A DNA stretch of 56,852 nt, from contig JAJXZH010000006.1 in NCBI GenBank assembly GCA_021780155.1, positions 1 to 56,852 on the forward strand, read 5' to 3'. Positions 34,153-43,470 of this stretch are shown here, piece after piece (position 1 is the first letter of the stretch; every line of letters begins with the position of its first letter). The DNA is from a bacterium (lineage in GTDB: Bacteria; Patescibacteriota; Minisyncoccia; UBA6257; JAGOQP01). The translations under genes were made by a program, and so were the position numbers. Under the pieces are notes generated by a model that saw only the letters and a program-made list of their open reading frames with translations, searched no databases and was not told the DNA's origin.

Positions 34153-34225
34153 GCCAATGTAGCTCAGCTGGTAGAGCAACTCCATGGTAAGGAGTAGGTC
34201 GTCGGTTCAATTCCGACCATTGGCT
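34153..34225 (+). tRNA. tRNA-Thr (anticodon GGT)
   Basis: GCCAATG-TA-GCTC-AGCTGGTA-GAGC-A-ACTCC-ATGGTAA-GGAGT-AGGTC-GTCGG-TTCAATT-CCGAC-CATTGGC-T. Confidence 0.9.
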
Positions 34226-34236
34226 CACAAAATAAT

Positions 34237-34260
34237 AAAACGAGGCATATGCCTCGTTTT
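34237..34260 (+). terminator. rho-independent terminator
   Basis: AAAACGAGGC-ATAT-GCCTCGTTTT. Confidence 0.7.
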
Positions 34261-34296
34261 ATTAATCCAGCCTTTCAACACAATGATTGAAAATTG

Positions 34297-34369
34297 AGCC
34301 ACCTCCCGGACTCGGACCGGGGACCTTCACTTTACAAAAGTGTTGCTCTACCAGCTGAGCTAAGGTGGC
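34297..34369 (-). tRNA. tRNA-Thr (anticodon TGT)
   Basis: The reverse complement reads GCCACCT-TA-GCTC-AGCTGGTA-GAGC-A-ACACT-TTTGTAA-AGTGA-AGGTC-CCCGG-TCCGAGT-CCGGG-AGGTGGC-T. Confidence 0.88.
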
Positions 34370-34387
34370 TAAAATTTCAAATAGGAC

Positions 34388-34440
34388 GAAAGCCAAGCAG
34401 TTGACTTTCTCACTTATGAAAGCCAAGCGGTTGGCTTTCT
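34388..34440. repeat. two tandem near-identical hairpins (30-nt period) between tRNA-Tyr and tRNA-Thr
   Basis: GAAAGCCAAGCAGTTGACTTTCT (34388-34410) and GAAAGCCAAGCGGTTGGCTTTCT (34418-34440). The second is a perfect 9-bp stem with a GCGG loop. Confidence 0.8.
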
Positions 34441-34497
34441 AATTTTCAAATATCAATAATAAAACCAGAAACTTTTAATTTTTCAAGTTTTATTGTG

Positions 34498-34582
34498 TGG
34501 GTAGGGTGAGAGTCGAACTCACGCGGGCACATTGGCCAACGGTTTTACAGACCGCCCTCGGCCCCTACGAGACTACCTACCC
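34498..34582 (-). tRNA. tRNA-Tyr (anticodon GTA), long variable arm
   Basis: The reverse complement reads GGGTAGG-TA-GTCTCGTAGGGGCCGAG-G-GCGGT-CTGTAAA-ACCGT-(variable arm)-GTGAG-TTCGACT-CTCAC-CCTACCC-A. Confidence 0.88.
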
Positions 34583-34588
34583 ATAAAT

Positions 34589-34948
34589 TTATTGATTTTC
34601 TTTACTCTCTTCTTTTCTGTCTTCTCTATCCTCCTCTATTTCTTTTAAAATATTTTGCGCTGTTTTTTCGCGGGAGGTTCTGTGTTTTATATTTTCTATA
34701 TGTCTGGCAACATAATTATCCAGACGCATTACAGCTAATTTCATTTTTCTAAGCCACTTGGACAATAAATCAATGAATTTGCTGTCTAATTTATCCACCC
34801 ATTGAGAATTCAATATGCCATCCTTAAACCTTCCGGCATTGAGTTCTTTTTGAGGGACATCACTTACATAAGGTAGTTTTCTTACAAATAAAAAAACTAT
34901 CGCCCCCAAACTGATAAAAAATACTATTTCAAGGATAAAAAATGACAT
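34589..34948 (-). CDS. hypothetical single-pass membrane protein
   Basis: N-terminal TM helix and a charged C-terminal tail. Confidence 0.45.
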   Translation of the reverse strand: MSFFILEIVFFISLGAIVFLFVRKLPYVSDVPQKELNAGRFKDGILNSQWVDKLDSKFIDLLSKWLRKMKLAVMRLDNYVARHIENIKHRTSREKTAQNILKEIEEDREDRKEESKENQ

Positions 34949-35091
34949 ATTAATTTAAATCAAAATTTAAAAATTTTCTCGACAAGGATAAAACCGACAC
35001 CAAGCAAAGCAAAATATTAAAAAACAAAAAGTTTCAACCATTATTATACGCCTTTATTTTTAGATTGCCACCTTTATTTTTTATATTTAAT

Positions 35092-35532
35092 TTATAATTC
35101 GTAACGACAAAATCTTTCAATTTTGACATTCTCTCCGGTTTTAGCAATGGTCTGAGTAATTAAATCTTTTATCGTTTTGGATTCGTCTTTAACAAACGGC
35201 TGATTGATTAATTGATCAACATTTTCCGGATTCATAGAGGCAATATGCATTGCCAGATCATGCGCCAATTCCTTAAAAACATCAGTCTTGGCAACAAAGT
35301 CGGTTTCACAACGCAATTCCAAAATAACTCCGATCCTTCCGCTGTGAACGTAAGTTTCAAGAACACCCGACCCGGTTTTTCTTTCGGACTTCTTTTCTGC
35401 CTTAATAACTCCCCTCTCAAAAATAATTTGCTTGGCTTTTTCGTAATCGCCTTTGGCATCATCCAGCGCTCTTTTACAATCCATCACCCCGGCGCCGGTT
35501 TCTTCTCTTAGTTTTAAAATAAAGTTATCCAT
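35092..35532 (-). CDS. tsf: translation elongation factor Ts (short form, 146 aa)
   Basis: N-terminal UBA-like LREETGAGVMDCKRAL and the core segment ETDFVAK. It lies directly downstream of rpsB. Confidence 0.85.
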   Translation of the reverse strand: MDNFILKLREETGAGVMDCKRALDDAKGDYEKAKQIIFERGVIKAEKKSERKTGSGVLETYVHSGRIGVILELRCETDFVAKTDVFKELAHDLAMHIASMNPENVDQLINQPFVKDESKTIKDLITQTIAKTGENVKIERFCRYEL

Positions 35533-35536
35533 TTTT

Positions 35537-36346
35537 TTATTTTATTTTATTTATTAAAGCGTCAACGACCCAATTAATTGAGGCCTTGGCATGATCATTG
35601 GCCGGAATAAAGTAATTTATTTCTTCGGGAGAATCATCGTTGTCTATTATTCCTATAACCTGCATTTTTTGAATCAATGCCTCGTGAACCGCAGTCGAGT
35701 GCCCTTTTAATGAAGGATCAATAACAAACATAATGTCAGGAATTTTGGAAAAATTTTCCAATCCTTCAAACATAATTTTCATCTTATCAATTTCCCTTGA
35801 AATCAAAAGTTTTTCTTTTTTGGTATATCCTTCAAATCTACCTTGCTCCAAATCCAATTTTCTTTTTTTGAAATAATCTATTCTTTTTCCAATTACAGAA
35901 AAATTGGTAATCAATCCGCCTATCCAACGATTTATTACATAAGGACAACTACCCAAAGCCGAAGAAAGTTTTAAAACCGATTCTTTTGATGCCGGTTGAA
36001 CGCCAACCACCATGAATGTTTTTTTCTCGGAAATATTTTTTTTGACAAATCCGGCGACTATATCTATTGCTTTTAACGTTTTGACCAAATCAATAATGGC
36101 AACACCATTTTTAGACCCAAAAATATATTCGTCAAACTTTGGATTTTTCCTTGAATTTTTGTGTCCGTAAAAAACTCCGGCTTTTGCCATTTCTAAGAGC
36201 GTCGCTTCATCAACATTTTCATTTTCGGCGATAGATTTTATATCTAAAACCGATGCGTCGTTTTTGTTTGTATCTTTTTCCATATTTTTTATAAAATAAT
36301 ACTGCGCCTTTAACGCAGCCAATTCCGTTTCAATTTGGCAAGCCAT
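35537..36346 (-). CDS. rpsB: 30S ribosomal protein S2 (N-terminally extended; alternative ATG at 36283)
   Basis: LLEMAKAGVFYGHKNSRKNPKF corresponds to the conserved LLEAGVHFGHQTRRWNPKM. The S2 body follows. Confidence 0.9.
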   Translation of the reverse strand: MACQIETELAALKAQYYFIKNMEKDTNKNDASVLDIKSIAENENVDEATLLEMAKAGVFYGHKNSRKNPKFDEYIFGSKNGVAIIDLVKTLKAIDIVAGFVKKNISEKKTFMVVGVQPASKESVLKLSSALGSCPYVINRWIGGLITNFSVIGKRIDYFKKRKLDLEQGRFEGYTKKEKLLISREIDKMKIMFEGLENFSKIPDIMFVIDPSLKGHSTAVHEALIQKMQVIGIIDNDDSPEEINYFIPANDHAKASINWVVDALINKIK

Positions 36347-36480
36347 TCCAAAAGACAGAATTTGACTGTTTCGCTTAATAGCGAAATTTTAATTATATTT
36401 AGAAAGCTCTTTTTGGAGCTTTCGGCTTTGGATAAATAATATCCGAACTTCACACAAAAATCAAGCTGCTTAAAATATTT

Positions 36481-37158
36481 CTAACTATTTTTTTCTCTCC
36501 ATTCTTTTATTTTATGATGATCGCCTAACATAAGTATTTTTGGAGTTTTCCACCCCTTTGATTTTTTGTTTGGATAAAAAATTTCCGGACGGGTATATGT
36601 AGGATAACTTCCTTTTATTTCTTCGAGCGATTCATTTTTACCCAAAACTCCGGGCACAAAACGAGAAACGGCATCAACGACAATCATCGCCGGAATTTCT
36701 CCTCCGGAAAGAATAAAATCTCCAACAGAAATTTCTTCATCGGCAATATGTTTTGCCACCCTTTCGTCCACGCCCTCATAACGTCCACAAATTAAAATCA
36801 GATTTTTATATTTAGAAAGACGCTTGGCCTCATTTTGCGTAAATAATTTTCCACGAGTGCTAAACAAAATAACTCTTGTGCCTGATTTTGATTTATTGTT
36901 TTTCCTGTCTGACGATAAGTGTGTGGTTTTAGATTTTAAAAATTCAACAGCATCATATATTGGCTGAATTTTTATTACCATTCCCGGTCCTCCGCCAAAA
37001 GGAGAATCATCAATTTTGCGATGTTTGTCGTGAGCCCAATCTCTAATGTCATAAATTTTAACATCAATAATCCCCCGCTGCCGAGCGCGACCAATAACCG
37101 ATTGATCAAAATAATCTCCAAATCCCTTTGGGATTGACGAAAGAATATCAAATTTCAT
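36481..37158 (-). CDS. trmD: tRNA (guanine37-N1)-methyltransferase
   Basis: Motifs GRYEGVDERV, SVGDFILSGGE and GDHHKIKEWR. Confidence 0.92.
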   Translation of the reverse strand: MKFDILSSIPKGFGDYFDQSVIGRARQRGIIDVKIYDIRDWAHDKHRKIDDSPFGGGPGMVIKIQPIYDAVEFLKSKTTHLSSDRKNNKSKSGTRVILFSTRGKLFTQNEAKRLSKYKNLILICGRYEGVDERVAKHIADEEISVGDFILSGGEIPAMIVVDAVSRFVPGVLGKNESLEEIKGSYPTYTRPEIFYPNKKSKGWKTPKILMLGDHHKIKEWREKNS

Positions 37159-37859
37159 ATATTCAATATTTTTTTAATACTTACAAAATCTTTCCCTTTA
37201 AACTTAGGGGTGTTTTGAAATTTTTCCAAAAGAATATTCAATTTTTCTCTGGAACTTTCAAATCGTTTTTCAAATATTTCTTCCAAAAAATCTATTTCAT
37301 TGGGAATCAATACGAAATTAAAAAACAACTCATCTTTGTCTTTGCTTATAAAAGGATCGGTGTCAACCAAATATATTTCATTTTCTTTGTCTTTTTTGTT
37401 TTTTCCATAAACATATTGTCTGTTTCTAACAATATCTGTAAGAAAATATTCATCTCGTTCAAGTTTTGTCAAAATATAATCTATCCAACCATTGACAATG
37501 CTTTGAACTTTGGCAAAAGCGCTTTCTCTTTCATTCAAGGGAATGTTATTAAAATCAACTCCTTCTATCTTGTCGGTAAAAGCATAAAGAGTCGGACCTT
37601 GATGTTTGTCTTCAGTCGAAGCTTCTGTCAGCACCCACTTAACCGGAGCTTTTATTCCATAATTTTCAAGCTCCTGAAATAATTTTTTAATAATTAACGA
37701 CTTCTCAGACGGGTCGGCTATTTCGGGAATTGTTTTTTTAAAAATATCGGCGTCTATTTTTCTGACAACTTTATCTTCCACTCCTTCAATTTTATATAAA
37801 GCCGGCGATTCTTTAGACAAATCGCTTTTTTCCAACGGATTTTTGAATGGTCCACTCAT
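37155..37859 (-). CDS. hypothetical protein in the rpsP-trmD operon (occupies the usual rimM slot)
   Basis: 234 aa. A 4-nt ATGA overlap with trmD suggests translational coupling. No RimM/PRC-barrel motifs are recognisable. Confidence 0.5.
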   Translation of the reverse strand: MSGPFKNPLEKSDLSKESPALYKIEGVEDKVVRKIDADIFKKTIPEIADPSEKSLIIKKLFQELENYGIKAPVKWVLTEASTEDKHQGPTLYAFTDKIEGVDFNNIPLNERESAFAKVQSIVNGWIDYILTKLERDEYFLTDIVRNRQYVYGKNKKDKENEIYLVDTDPFISKDKDELFFNFVLIPNEIDFLEEIFEKRFESSREKLNILLEKFQNTPKFKGKDFVSIKKILNI

Positions 37860-37942
37860 ATTTAAAGTATATCTTTTTATTCATTAAAATCAAAAAATCA
37901 ACTAAAAATCGCCCTTTTTATGGGGCGATTTTTAAATTTAAA

Positions 37943-38269
37943 TTACAAATTCTTGAGATCTTCCATAGCTTGATCAACCTGAGAGGGATGAGAAGAAGAA
38001 TACCCTTCTTGAGAACCTCCTTCCGGCTCTAAGATTTTGAGATTGACGCGAGCGTTGTTTTTGAGACCAACAATTCTTAAAAGAGACCTAATGGCTTTGG
38101 CGGTCGCCCCTTTTCGGCCAACCACTTGACCCATATCGTCTCTGTGAACTTGAAGGTTTAATAGAACACCCATTTCGTCTATTTTTCTCTCAATCTTAAC
38201 GTCTTCCGGATGATCAACGATTGATTTTACCAAGAATTCAAGAAAATTTATGTCCTTTGAGGAATCCAT
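37943..38269 (-). CDS. KH domain RNA-binding protein (YlqC/UPF0109-like)
   Basis: The KH GxxG loop is present in MGQVVGRKGATAKAIRSLL. It lies downstream of rpsP, as in the canonical operon. Confidence 0.8.
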   Translation of the reverse strand: MDSSKDINFLEFLVKSIVDHPEDVKIERKIDEMGVLLNLQVHRDDMGQVVGRKGATAKAIRSLLRIVGLKNNARVNLKILEPEGGSQEGYSSSHPSQVDQAMEDLKNL

Positions 38270-38332
38270 GAGATTTCTGATTTTACTTTCAAAACTTTCG
38301 ACCTTTTTCTTTAATATATTCTAATTGCAAAA

Positions 38333-38677
38333 TTATTCGGCAGGCTCCGCGACGGATTCAGCTGAATGATTTTCATTATTCTTGGCTTCGCTTGGAGCAA
38401 CCGGTTCCTGTTTTGATTTCTTGTGAAGTTTTATTTTGGGCCCATCCACTATTTTGGCGTCAATTAAGATATTATGAACCGTGTCCGTCGGTTGAGCTCC
38501 GTTAGCAATCCATTTTTTGGCTTTTTCCGAACTGATTGAAAATTTATTTGTATGAGGATTATACCATCCCAAATCGTCAATATATTTTCCGACAAGCTTT
38601 GATTTTTTAGGCAGAACAACAATTCTGTAAGAAATTTGCTTTCTTTTTCCAACCGGTCTGAGTTTTATTGAAATCAT
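38333..38677 (-). CDS. rpsP: 30S ribosomal protein S16
   Basis: MISIKLRPVGKRKQISYRIVV...GWYNP. Confidence 0.92.
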   Translation of the reverse strand: MISIKLRPVGKRKQISYRIVVLPKKSKLVGKYIDDLGWYNPHTNKFSISSEKAKKWIANGAQPTDTVHNILIDAKIVDGPKIKLHKKSKQEPVAPSEAKNNENHSAESVAEPAE

Positions 38678-38738
38678 ATGATTAATTTATAGTTTAAGTT
38701 ATAAGATTCTAACGGCAAAATTCAAAAAAGTCAACTTA

Positions 38739-40931
38739 TTATTTAACAACCGGCTGAGCATCTTCCAATTTGAGCGAAAGTAATTTTGAGCTTCCCCCAT
38801 CGTCCATAGTTATTCCATAAAGAACTTGAGCCGCCTCCATTGAAACGCGATTATGAGTTACCATAACAAATTGAGTATCTCCCGAAAAATTTTTGACCAA
38901 ATCGGCAAATCTTTTTGAATTTTTTTCATCCAAAGCCGAATCGGCTTCATCCAAAACCAAAAAAGGAGGCGGACTGACAGAAATCAGAGCAAAAAGCGCC
39001 GCAATGGAAACAAGACTTTTTTCCCCTCCCGAAAGCATTTCCAAGCTGGTAATTTTTTTCTGAGGAATGGAAACTTCCAAATCCAACCCGGCCAAAGATT
39101 CCTGCGGGTCTTCAATTTTTTTGACAATTTCCGGCTCTTCGTTTTCGTTTTTAGATTCGGATAAAATCGATTCTTTTTGAATTATTTTCATTTTGGCCGA
39201 ACCTCCACCAAACATAATTCTAAAAAAATTATTAAATGCTTCATTGACTTTTTTGAAAGAAGAATGAAAATCTTTGGAAATTCTTCCCGAAAGCTCATCA
39301 ATCAGCGACTCTAAATCTTTGGAGGCATTTTTCAAATCTTCCGATTCCTTAACCAAAAAGGAGTGGTGGACTTCAACTTCTTTGGCTTCTTTTATCAACG
39401 CCTCATCTACTTCGCCGATACTGGAAAGTTCGGCTCTCAATCTAAATATTTTTTTCTCCGATTCCATCAGTTGTTCTGAGGAAAAATCGGCATTAAAAGA
39501 GGGGCTTGAGGCCAATTTTTCGTATTGATAAAAATCACCACTAAAAGAACGAATATAATTTTTCAATTCTTCTATTCTATAATCTATTTTTTCACCTTCA
39601 AAAATGGCTTTGGTTTTTTGTTCCTCAAAATTTTTTATTTTTGATCTAAGAGATTCCAATTCAGTGAATGTTTCCTTAAAATTTTTATTAAACTCTTCCA
39701 CGTTCTTTGAAATTTCCATCTCCGATCGTTCTATTTTTTCTATGTCATTTTCAATGTCCTTTAGTAATCCTTCTATTTCTTTCTTTTTTTCGGCCAGATT
39801 TTTATCCTCCGTCGGAAGTTTGGAATTTTTTGGATTTATAATAAAAGACGATTGAGCGATAATATTTTTTATTTTTTCTTTTATTTCCTCCACTAAAGAC
39901 AACGATAAAATTTCAGAAAGTTGATTGTGAATTTCTTTAAGCGCCTTTAATAATTCGGCAGAGGAAACCTCTTGAAATTCAACGGATTTGTTAAGCTGTT
40001 CGATTTGAATTTCTATTTTGTAAATTTCTTTCTCCAAAGAAGATTTTTTGAAAAATAAATCCTTTTTTTCTTTTTGAAGTGTTTCTGTTTTTCCGGAAGG
40101 AAGAGATTTTTCTTCAAGATTTTTTAGATTTTTTTCAATCTCTAAAGATTTTTTGATTATTTCTTTAAGTTGAGATTCAATATCCGAAAGCGGTTTAACG
40201 GTTTTTTCTTTTGCTTCATAAAGATTTTTTATTTTAAACGCGTAAAAATCATTCTCCAAATTTTTTAATTCATTTTCTATTTCAAATCTTTTTTCCCATT
40301 TAGCGGTTTGCCTTTTGAGCATCTTGAGCCGAGGCGCCACTTCCTGGATCATCGCCTCCACCTTTTCCAAATTTATTTTAGTGTTTTTAAGTTTTCTTTG
40401 GGATTCCGCTTTTTTCAATTGAAATTCTCTCAATCCCAAAATTTCTTCCACCATCATAACTCTGTCTGCGGGAAGAGCTCTGACAAAAAGATCGCTCGCT
40501 CCCTGACCAATAATAGTAAGACCCTTTGAGCCCAATCTTATCTTCGCAAAAAAATCTATAACATCTTTTAATCTTACTTCGGTGTCGTTTATAAAATATT
40601 GAGAATTTCCATTTCTACTGATTTTTCTTGAAACCGCGACTTCTTTAAAATCAACCGGCAATTTCCCGGACGAGTTATCAAAAACCAAACTTACTTGCGC
40701 CATAGACATTTTGGACTTTTTGGCAGTACCGGCAAAAATCAAATCTTCAATTTTATCTCCACGAAGATTTTTGGCCTCGCGCTCTCCTAAAAGCCATCTT
40801 ACGGCATCAATAATGTTGGATTTCCCGGAACCATTTGGTCCGACAATTGCCACAATACCCGTCGGAAATTCAAAGACGGTTTTTTGAGCAAACGATTTAA
40901 ATCCGTTTATTTCAAGACGTTTTAAAAACAT
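38739..40931 (-). CDS. smc: SMC-family chromosome partition ATPase, short (about 730 aa) with no evident hinge
   Basis: The N-terminal head is LEINGFKSF...GPNGSGKSNIIDAVRWLLGE. The signature and Walker B region is LSGGEKSL...LVLDEADSALD. The ATG at 40931 has GAAAGGA upstream. Confidence 0.8.
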   Translation of the reverse strand: MFLKRLEINGFKSFAQKTVFEFPTGIVAIVGPNGSGKSNIIDAVRWLLGEREAKNLRGDKIEDLIFAGTAKKSKMSMAQVSLVFDNSSGKLPVDFKEVAVSRKISRNGNSQYFINDTEVRLKDVIDFFAKIRLGSKGLTIIGQGASDLFVRALPADRVMMVEEILGLREFQLKKAESQRKLKNTKINLEKVEAMIQEVAPRLKMLKRQTAKWEKRFEIENELKNLENDFYAFKIKNLYEAKEKTVKPLSDIESQLKEIIKKSLEIEKNLKNLEEKSLPSGKTETLQKEKKDLFFKKSSLEKEIYKIEIQIEQLNKSVEFQEVSSAELLKALKEIHNQLSEILSLSLVEEIKEKIKNIIAQSSFIINPKNSKLPTEDKNLAEKKKEIEGLLKDIENDIEKIERSEMEISKNVEEFNKNFKETFTELESLRSKIKNFEEQKTKAIFEGEKIDYRIEELKNYIRSFSGDFYQYEKLASSPSFNADFSSEQLMESEKKIFRLRAELSSIGEVDEALIKEAKEVEVHHSFLVKESEDLKNASKDLESLIDELSGRISKDFHSSFKKVNEAFNNFFRIMFGGGSAKMKIIQKESILSESKNENEEPEIVKKIEDPQESLAGLDLEVSIPQKKITSLEMLSGGEKSLVSIAALFALISVSPPPFLVLDEADSALDEKNSKRFADLVKNFSGDTQFVMVTHNRVSMEAAQVLYGITMDDGGSSKLLSLKLEDAQPVVK

Positions 40932-41604
40932 AAAGTCCTTTCTTGGCGGCATCCAACTCCGCTTCTTGTTTTGAAAGCCCCGACCCTTGAGCAATCATAT
41001 TATCACCCAGATAAACACCAACAACAAAAGTTTTGTGATGATCGGGACCATATTCTTCGTTGACTTTGTATAGAGGAGTAATCTTGAATTTTTCTTGAGA
41101 CATTTCTTGAAATAAACTCTTTGCGTCTTTGTCCAAATTCATCTTAACAATATCTTCAACTTCCGATAAAACATTTTCGTTGACAAATTTTTCAGCCGAT
41201 TGATATCCACTATCCAAATAAATTGCCCCCAAAATCGCCTCAAAGGCATTAGCCAAAATAACTTCACGCGCTTTGCCGGTATCTTTGGATTCTCCTTTTG
41301 ACATCAAAAGGTAATCCTCTACCCCGAGAGCTCTCGCTGATTTTGATAGAGCTTGATAATTAACCAAAGCCGCTCTGATGCTGGTCAAGCGACCTTCGTC
41401 ATATGATGGATAATTTCTATAAAGATAATCGGTGGTTATCAATTCCAAAACAGCATCGCCCAAAAATTCCAATCTTTCGTTGTGAGGCAAACCCCACGAT
41501 GGATTTTCGTTTAAATAAGAGCGGTGAGTTAAAGATTCTTTTAATAGATCTTCATTTTTAAAATCAACGCCAAGTTTTTTTTGTAGTTGAGATAATTCCG
41601 ACAT
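40912..41604 (-). CDS. rnc: ribonuclease III
   Basis: Signature NERLEFLGDAVL, plus a C-terminal dsRBD. Confidence 0.93.
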   Translation of the reverse strand: MSELSQLQKKLGVDFKNEDLLKESLTHRSYLNENPSWGLPHNERLEFLGDAVLELITTDYLYRNYPSYDEGRLTSIRAALVNYQALSKSARALGVEDYLLMSKGESKDTGKAREVILANAFEAILGAIYLDSGYQSAEKFVNENVLSEVEDIVKMNLDKDAKSLFQEMSQEKFKITPLYKVNEEYGPDHHKTFVVGVYLGDNMIAQGSGLSKQEAELDAAKKGLYVFKTS

Positions 41605-41610
41605 ACTTTA

Positions 41611-42057
41611 TTATTTCAAATTATTCCGAGAGCTTTCAACCTGTTCCAATTGTTTATAAATTGTTCCCAAAACTCCGTTTATAAATTTTCCGGAGTTAAC
41701 TCCTCCGTAATTTTTCCCGAGTTCTATAGCTTCGTTAATGGCCACCTTATAAGGAACTTCTTCGTGATTGACATATAACAATTCATAAACACCAATTCTC
41801 AAAACATTCCTGTCAATAATGGCAATTTGTTCAAATGGCCACTCAATGGCCGATTTTGAAATTATTTGGTCTATATCCGCAATGTGATCGATTACCCCTT
41901 TGACCATTTTCCAGACAAATTCCGGTTCGTTTATTCCGGGACCAAATTCGTTCATATTTCTTTGAACAATTTCAACCAAATCTCTCTTTCTGCCGGAAAA
42001 GTCCCACTCATAAAGAGATTGAAGCACTATGGAACGAGCCAAATGTCTGGTAGCCAT
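41611..42057 (-). CDS. nusB: transcription antitermination factor NusB
   Basis: [17 protein letters not shown] ... INEAIELGK...FINGVL. Confidence 0.88.
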   Translation of the reverse strand: MATRHLARSIVLQSLYEWDFSGRKRDLVEIVQRNMNEFGPGINEPEFVWKMVKGVIDHIADIDQIISKSAIEWPFEQIAIIDRNVLRIGVYELLYVNHEEVPYKVAINEAIELGKNYGGVNSGKFINGVLGTIYKQLEQVESSRNNLK

Positions 42058-42096
42058 AATTTATGAATAAAATAAACACTAAAAACAAAGGTTTTT

Positions 42097-42264
42097 TAGG
42101 CCTTTTTATTCGGTCTATATCCGCAATTTGGGCAAGTTCTATGAGATATCATAGGGTGCTTGCATTCCGGACAAACCGATATATTTTGAGATTTTAAGGC
42201 GTGATGAGAACGCCTTCTTCCCGTCTTAGAACGAGTATGATGTTTTGTAGGTACTCCGCCCATG
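42097..42264 (-). CDS. rpmF: 50S ribosomal protein L32
   Basis: 55-aa ORF not in the track: MGGVPTKHHTRSKTGRRRSHHALKSQNISVCPECKHPMISHRTCPNCGYRPNKKA. Confidence 0.85.
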
Positions 42265-42366
42265 GTTTAATAAATTAAATATAAAAAATCAAAAAGCAAA
42301 ATGAAAATCCAAAATGCCAAAAGAATTTAATCGGCTCTTTTGCATTTCACATTATCATTTTGACAT

Positions 42367-43041
42367 TTAATTTTTGATTCCTAATTTAATATTATGATAC
42401 TCGCTAATGAATGTCAATCTATGGATTGGGCTGGGACCATACTTTTTTATCGCTTTTATATGCCTCCTTGTTCCATATCCTTTATGGCTATCAAATCCAT
42501 ATTTGGGATATTTTTTATGAAGTTTTTCCATTTCTCTGTCTCTCAGTATTTTGGCGACAATCGACGCTAAAGAAACTGCCGGAATTTTTTCGTCCGCCTT
42601 TGGGAAACTTTTAAAAGATTTTATTTGAAAAGTTTTGTTGATTTTTATTCCGGCATCGGCAATAACGGAAATTTCTCTTAATTTATTTTTTTTGATTATT
42701 TTTTCAATCGCTTTTTGAGCGGCAAGATTGCAGGCCTTGGAGACATTTATTTTGTCAATAATTGACGACGACGAGGCGGCAATGGCAAAAGAAATATTAT
42801 TTTTCTTAATCCAATTAAACCATTCTTTTCTTTGTTTTAGTGAAAGTTTTTTTGAATCGGAAAGTTTTGCGGGAGCATTTGTTTTTTTAAATATATTTTT
42901 GGGATTTTTAGGAAATAAAACCGCCCCAACAAAAACTCTTCCCGCCAACGGCCCCCGCCCAACTTCGTCCACTCCTATAATGTGATTGCGGAACAAAATC
43001 CTTCTTTTTAAAATAATCTTTTTTGTTTTATTGATGCCCAT
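42367..43041 (-). CDS. rnhB: ribonuclease HII
   Basis: GVDEVGRGPLAGRVFVGAV and DSKKLS. The preferred ATG is at 43041, with AAAGGAAA upstream. The track start at 43065 is TTG. Confidence 0.88.
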   Translation of the reverse strand: MGINKTKKIILKRRILFRNHIIGVDEVGRGPLAGRVFVGAVLFPKNPKNIFKKTNAPAKLSDSKKLSLKQRKEWFNWIKKNNISFAIAASSSSIIDKINVSKACNLAAQKAIEKIIKKNKLREISVIADAGIKINKTFQIKSFKSFPKADEKIPAVSLASIVAKILRDREMEKLHKKYPKYGFDSHKGYGTRRHIKAIKKYGPSPIHRLTFISEYHNIKLGIKN

Positions 43042-43470
43042 AATAGAATTTCCTTTCATAAACAAATTGTACTCGCTATTTTATAAAATAAAAAACTATT
43101 TTCCAAAAATCATTTTCATCGATGATTTTTCCGATTGATTTTGAATCTGAACAATGGCATACAATTTATTAAAAAATAATTGTCAACCGCCAAACATATT
43201 TTTGTAACTTCTTGAATAAAAAGCAAAACAAAAAAATAGAATATAACGATAATCCACGTCATATATTTAAATCATATCCGCTTTGTTATATAAGAAATTA
43301 TGCCAATATCCTACTAATGACGGGTTTTTATTGAACAAAAATTAAAAAATCTATATTTTGTTATAGTTCACATCAATTATCTAACGGGGTCAAGTTGTCA
43401 TTGGAAAAGTTTCGTCTATAATGAAATAAATTTTTGAGATAAAAAAATAATTTAACGGTTTTTAAAAAAT

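Noticed and set aside
43066-43470. A 405-nt AT-rich spacer at the strand switch between rnhB (minus) and dnaE (plus), considered as a replication origin.
   Set aside because: No cluster of DnaA boxes is present; the best match is TAATCCACG. Gene orientation reverts to the minus strand only 5 kb further on. It is more simply read as a divergent promoter region.
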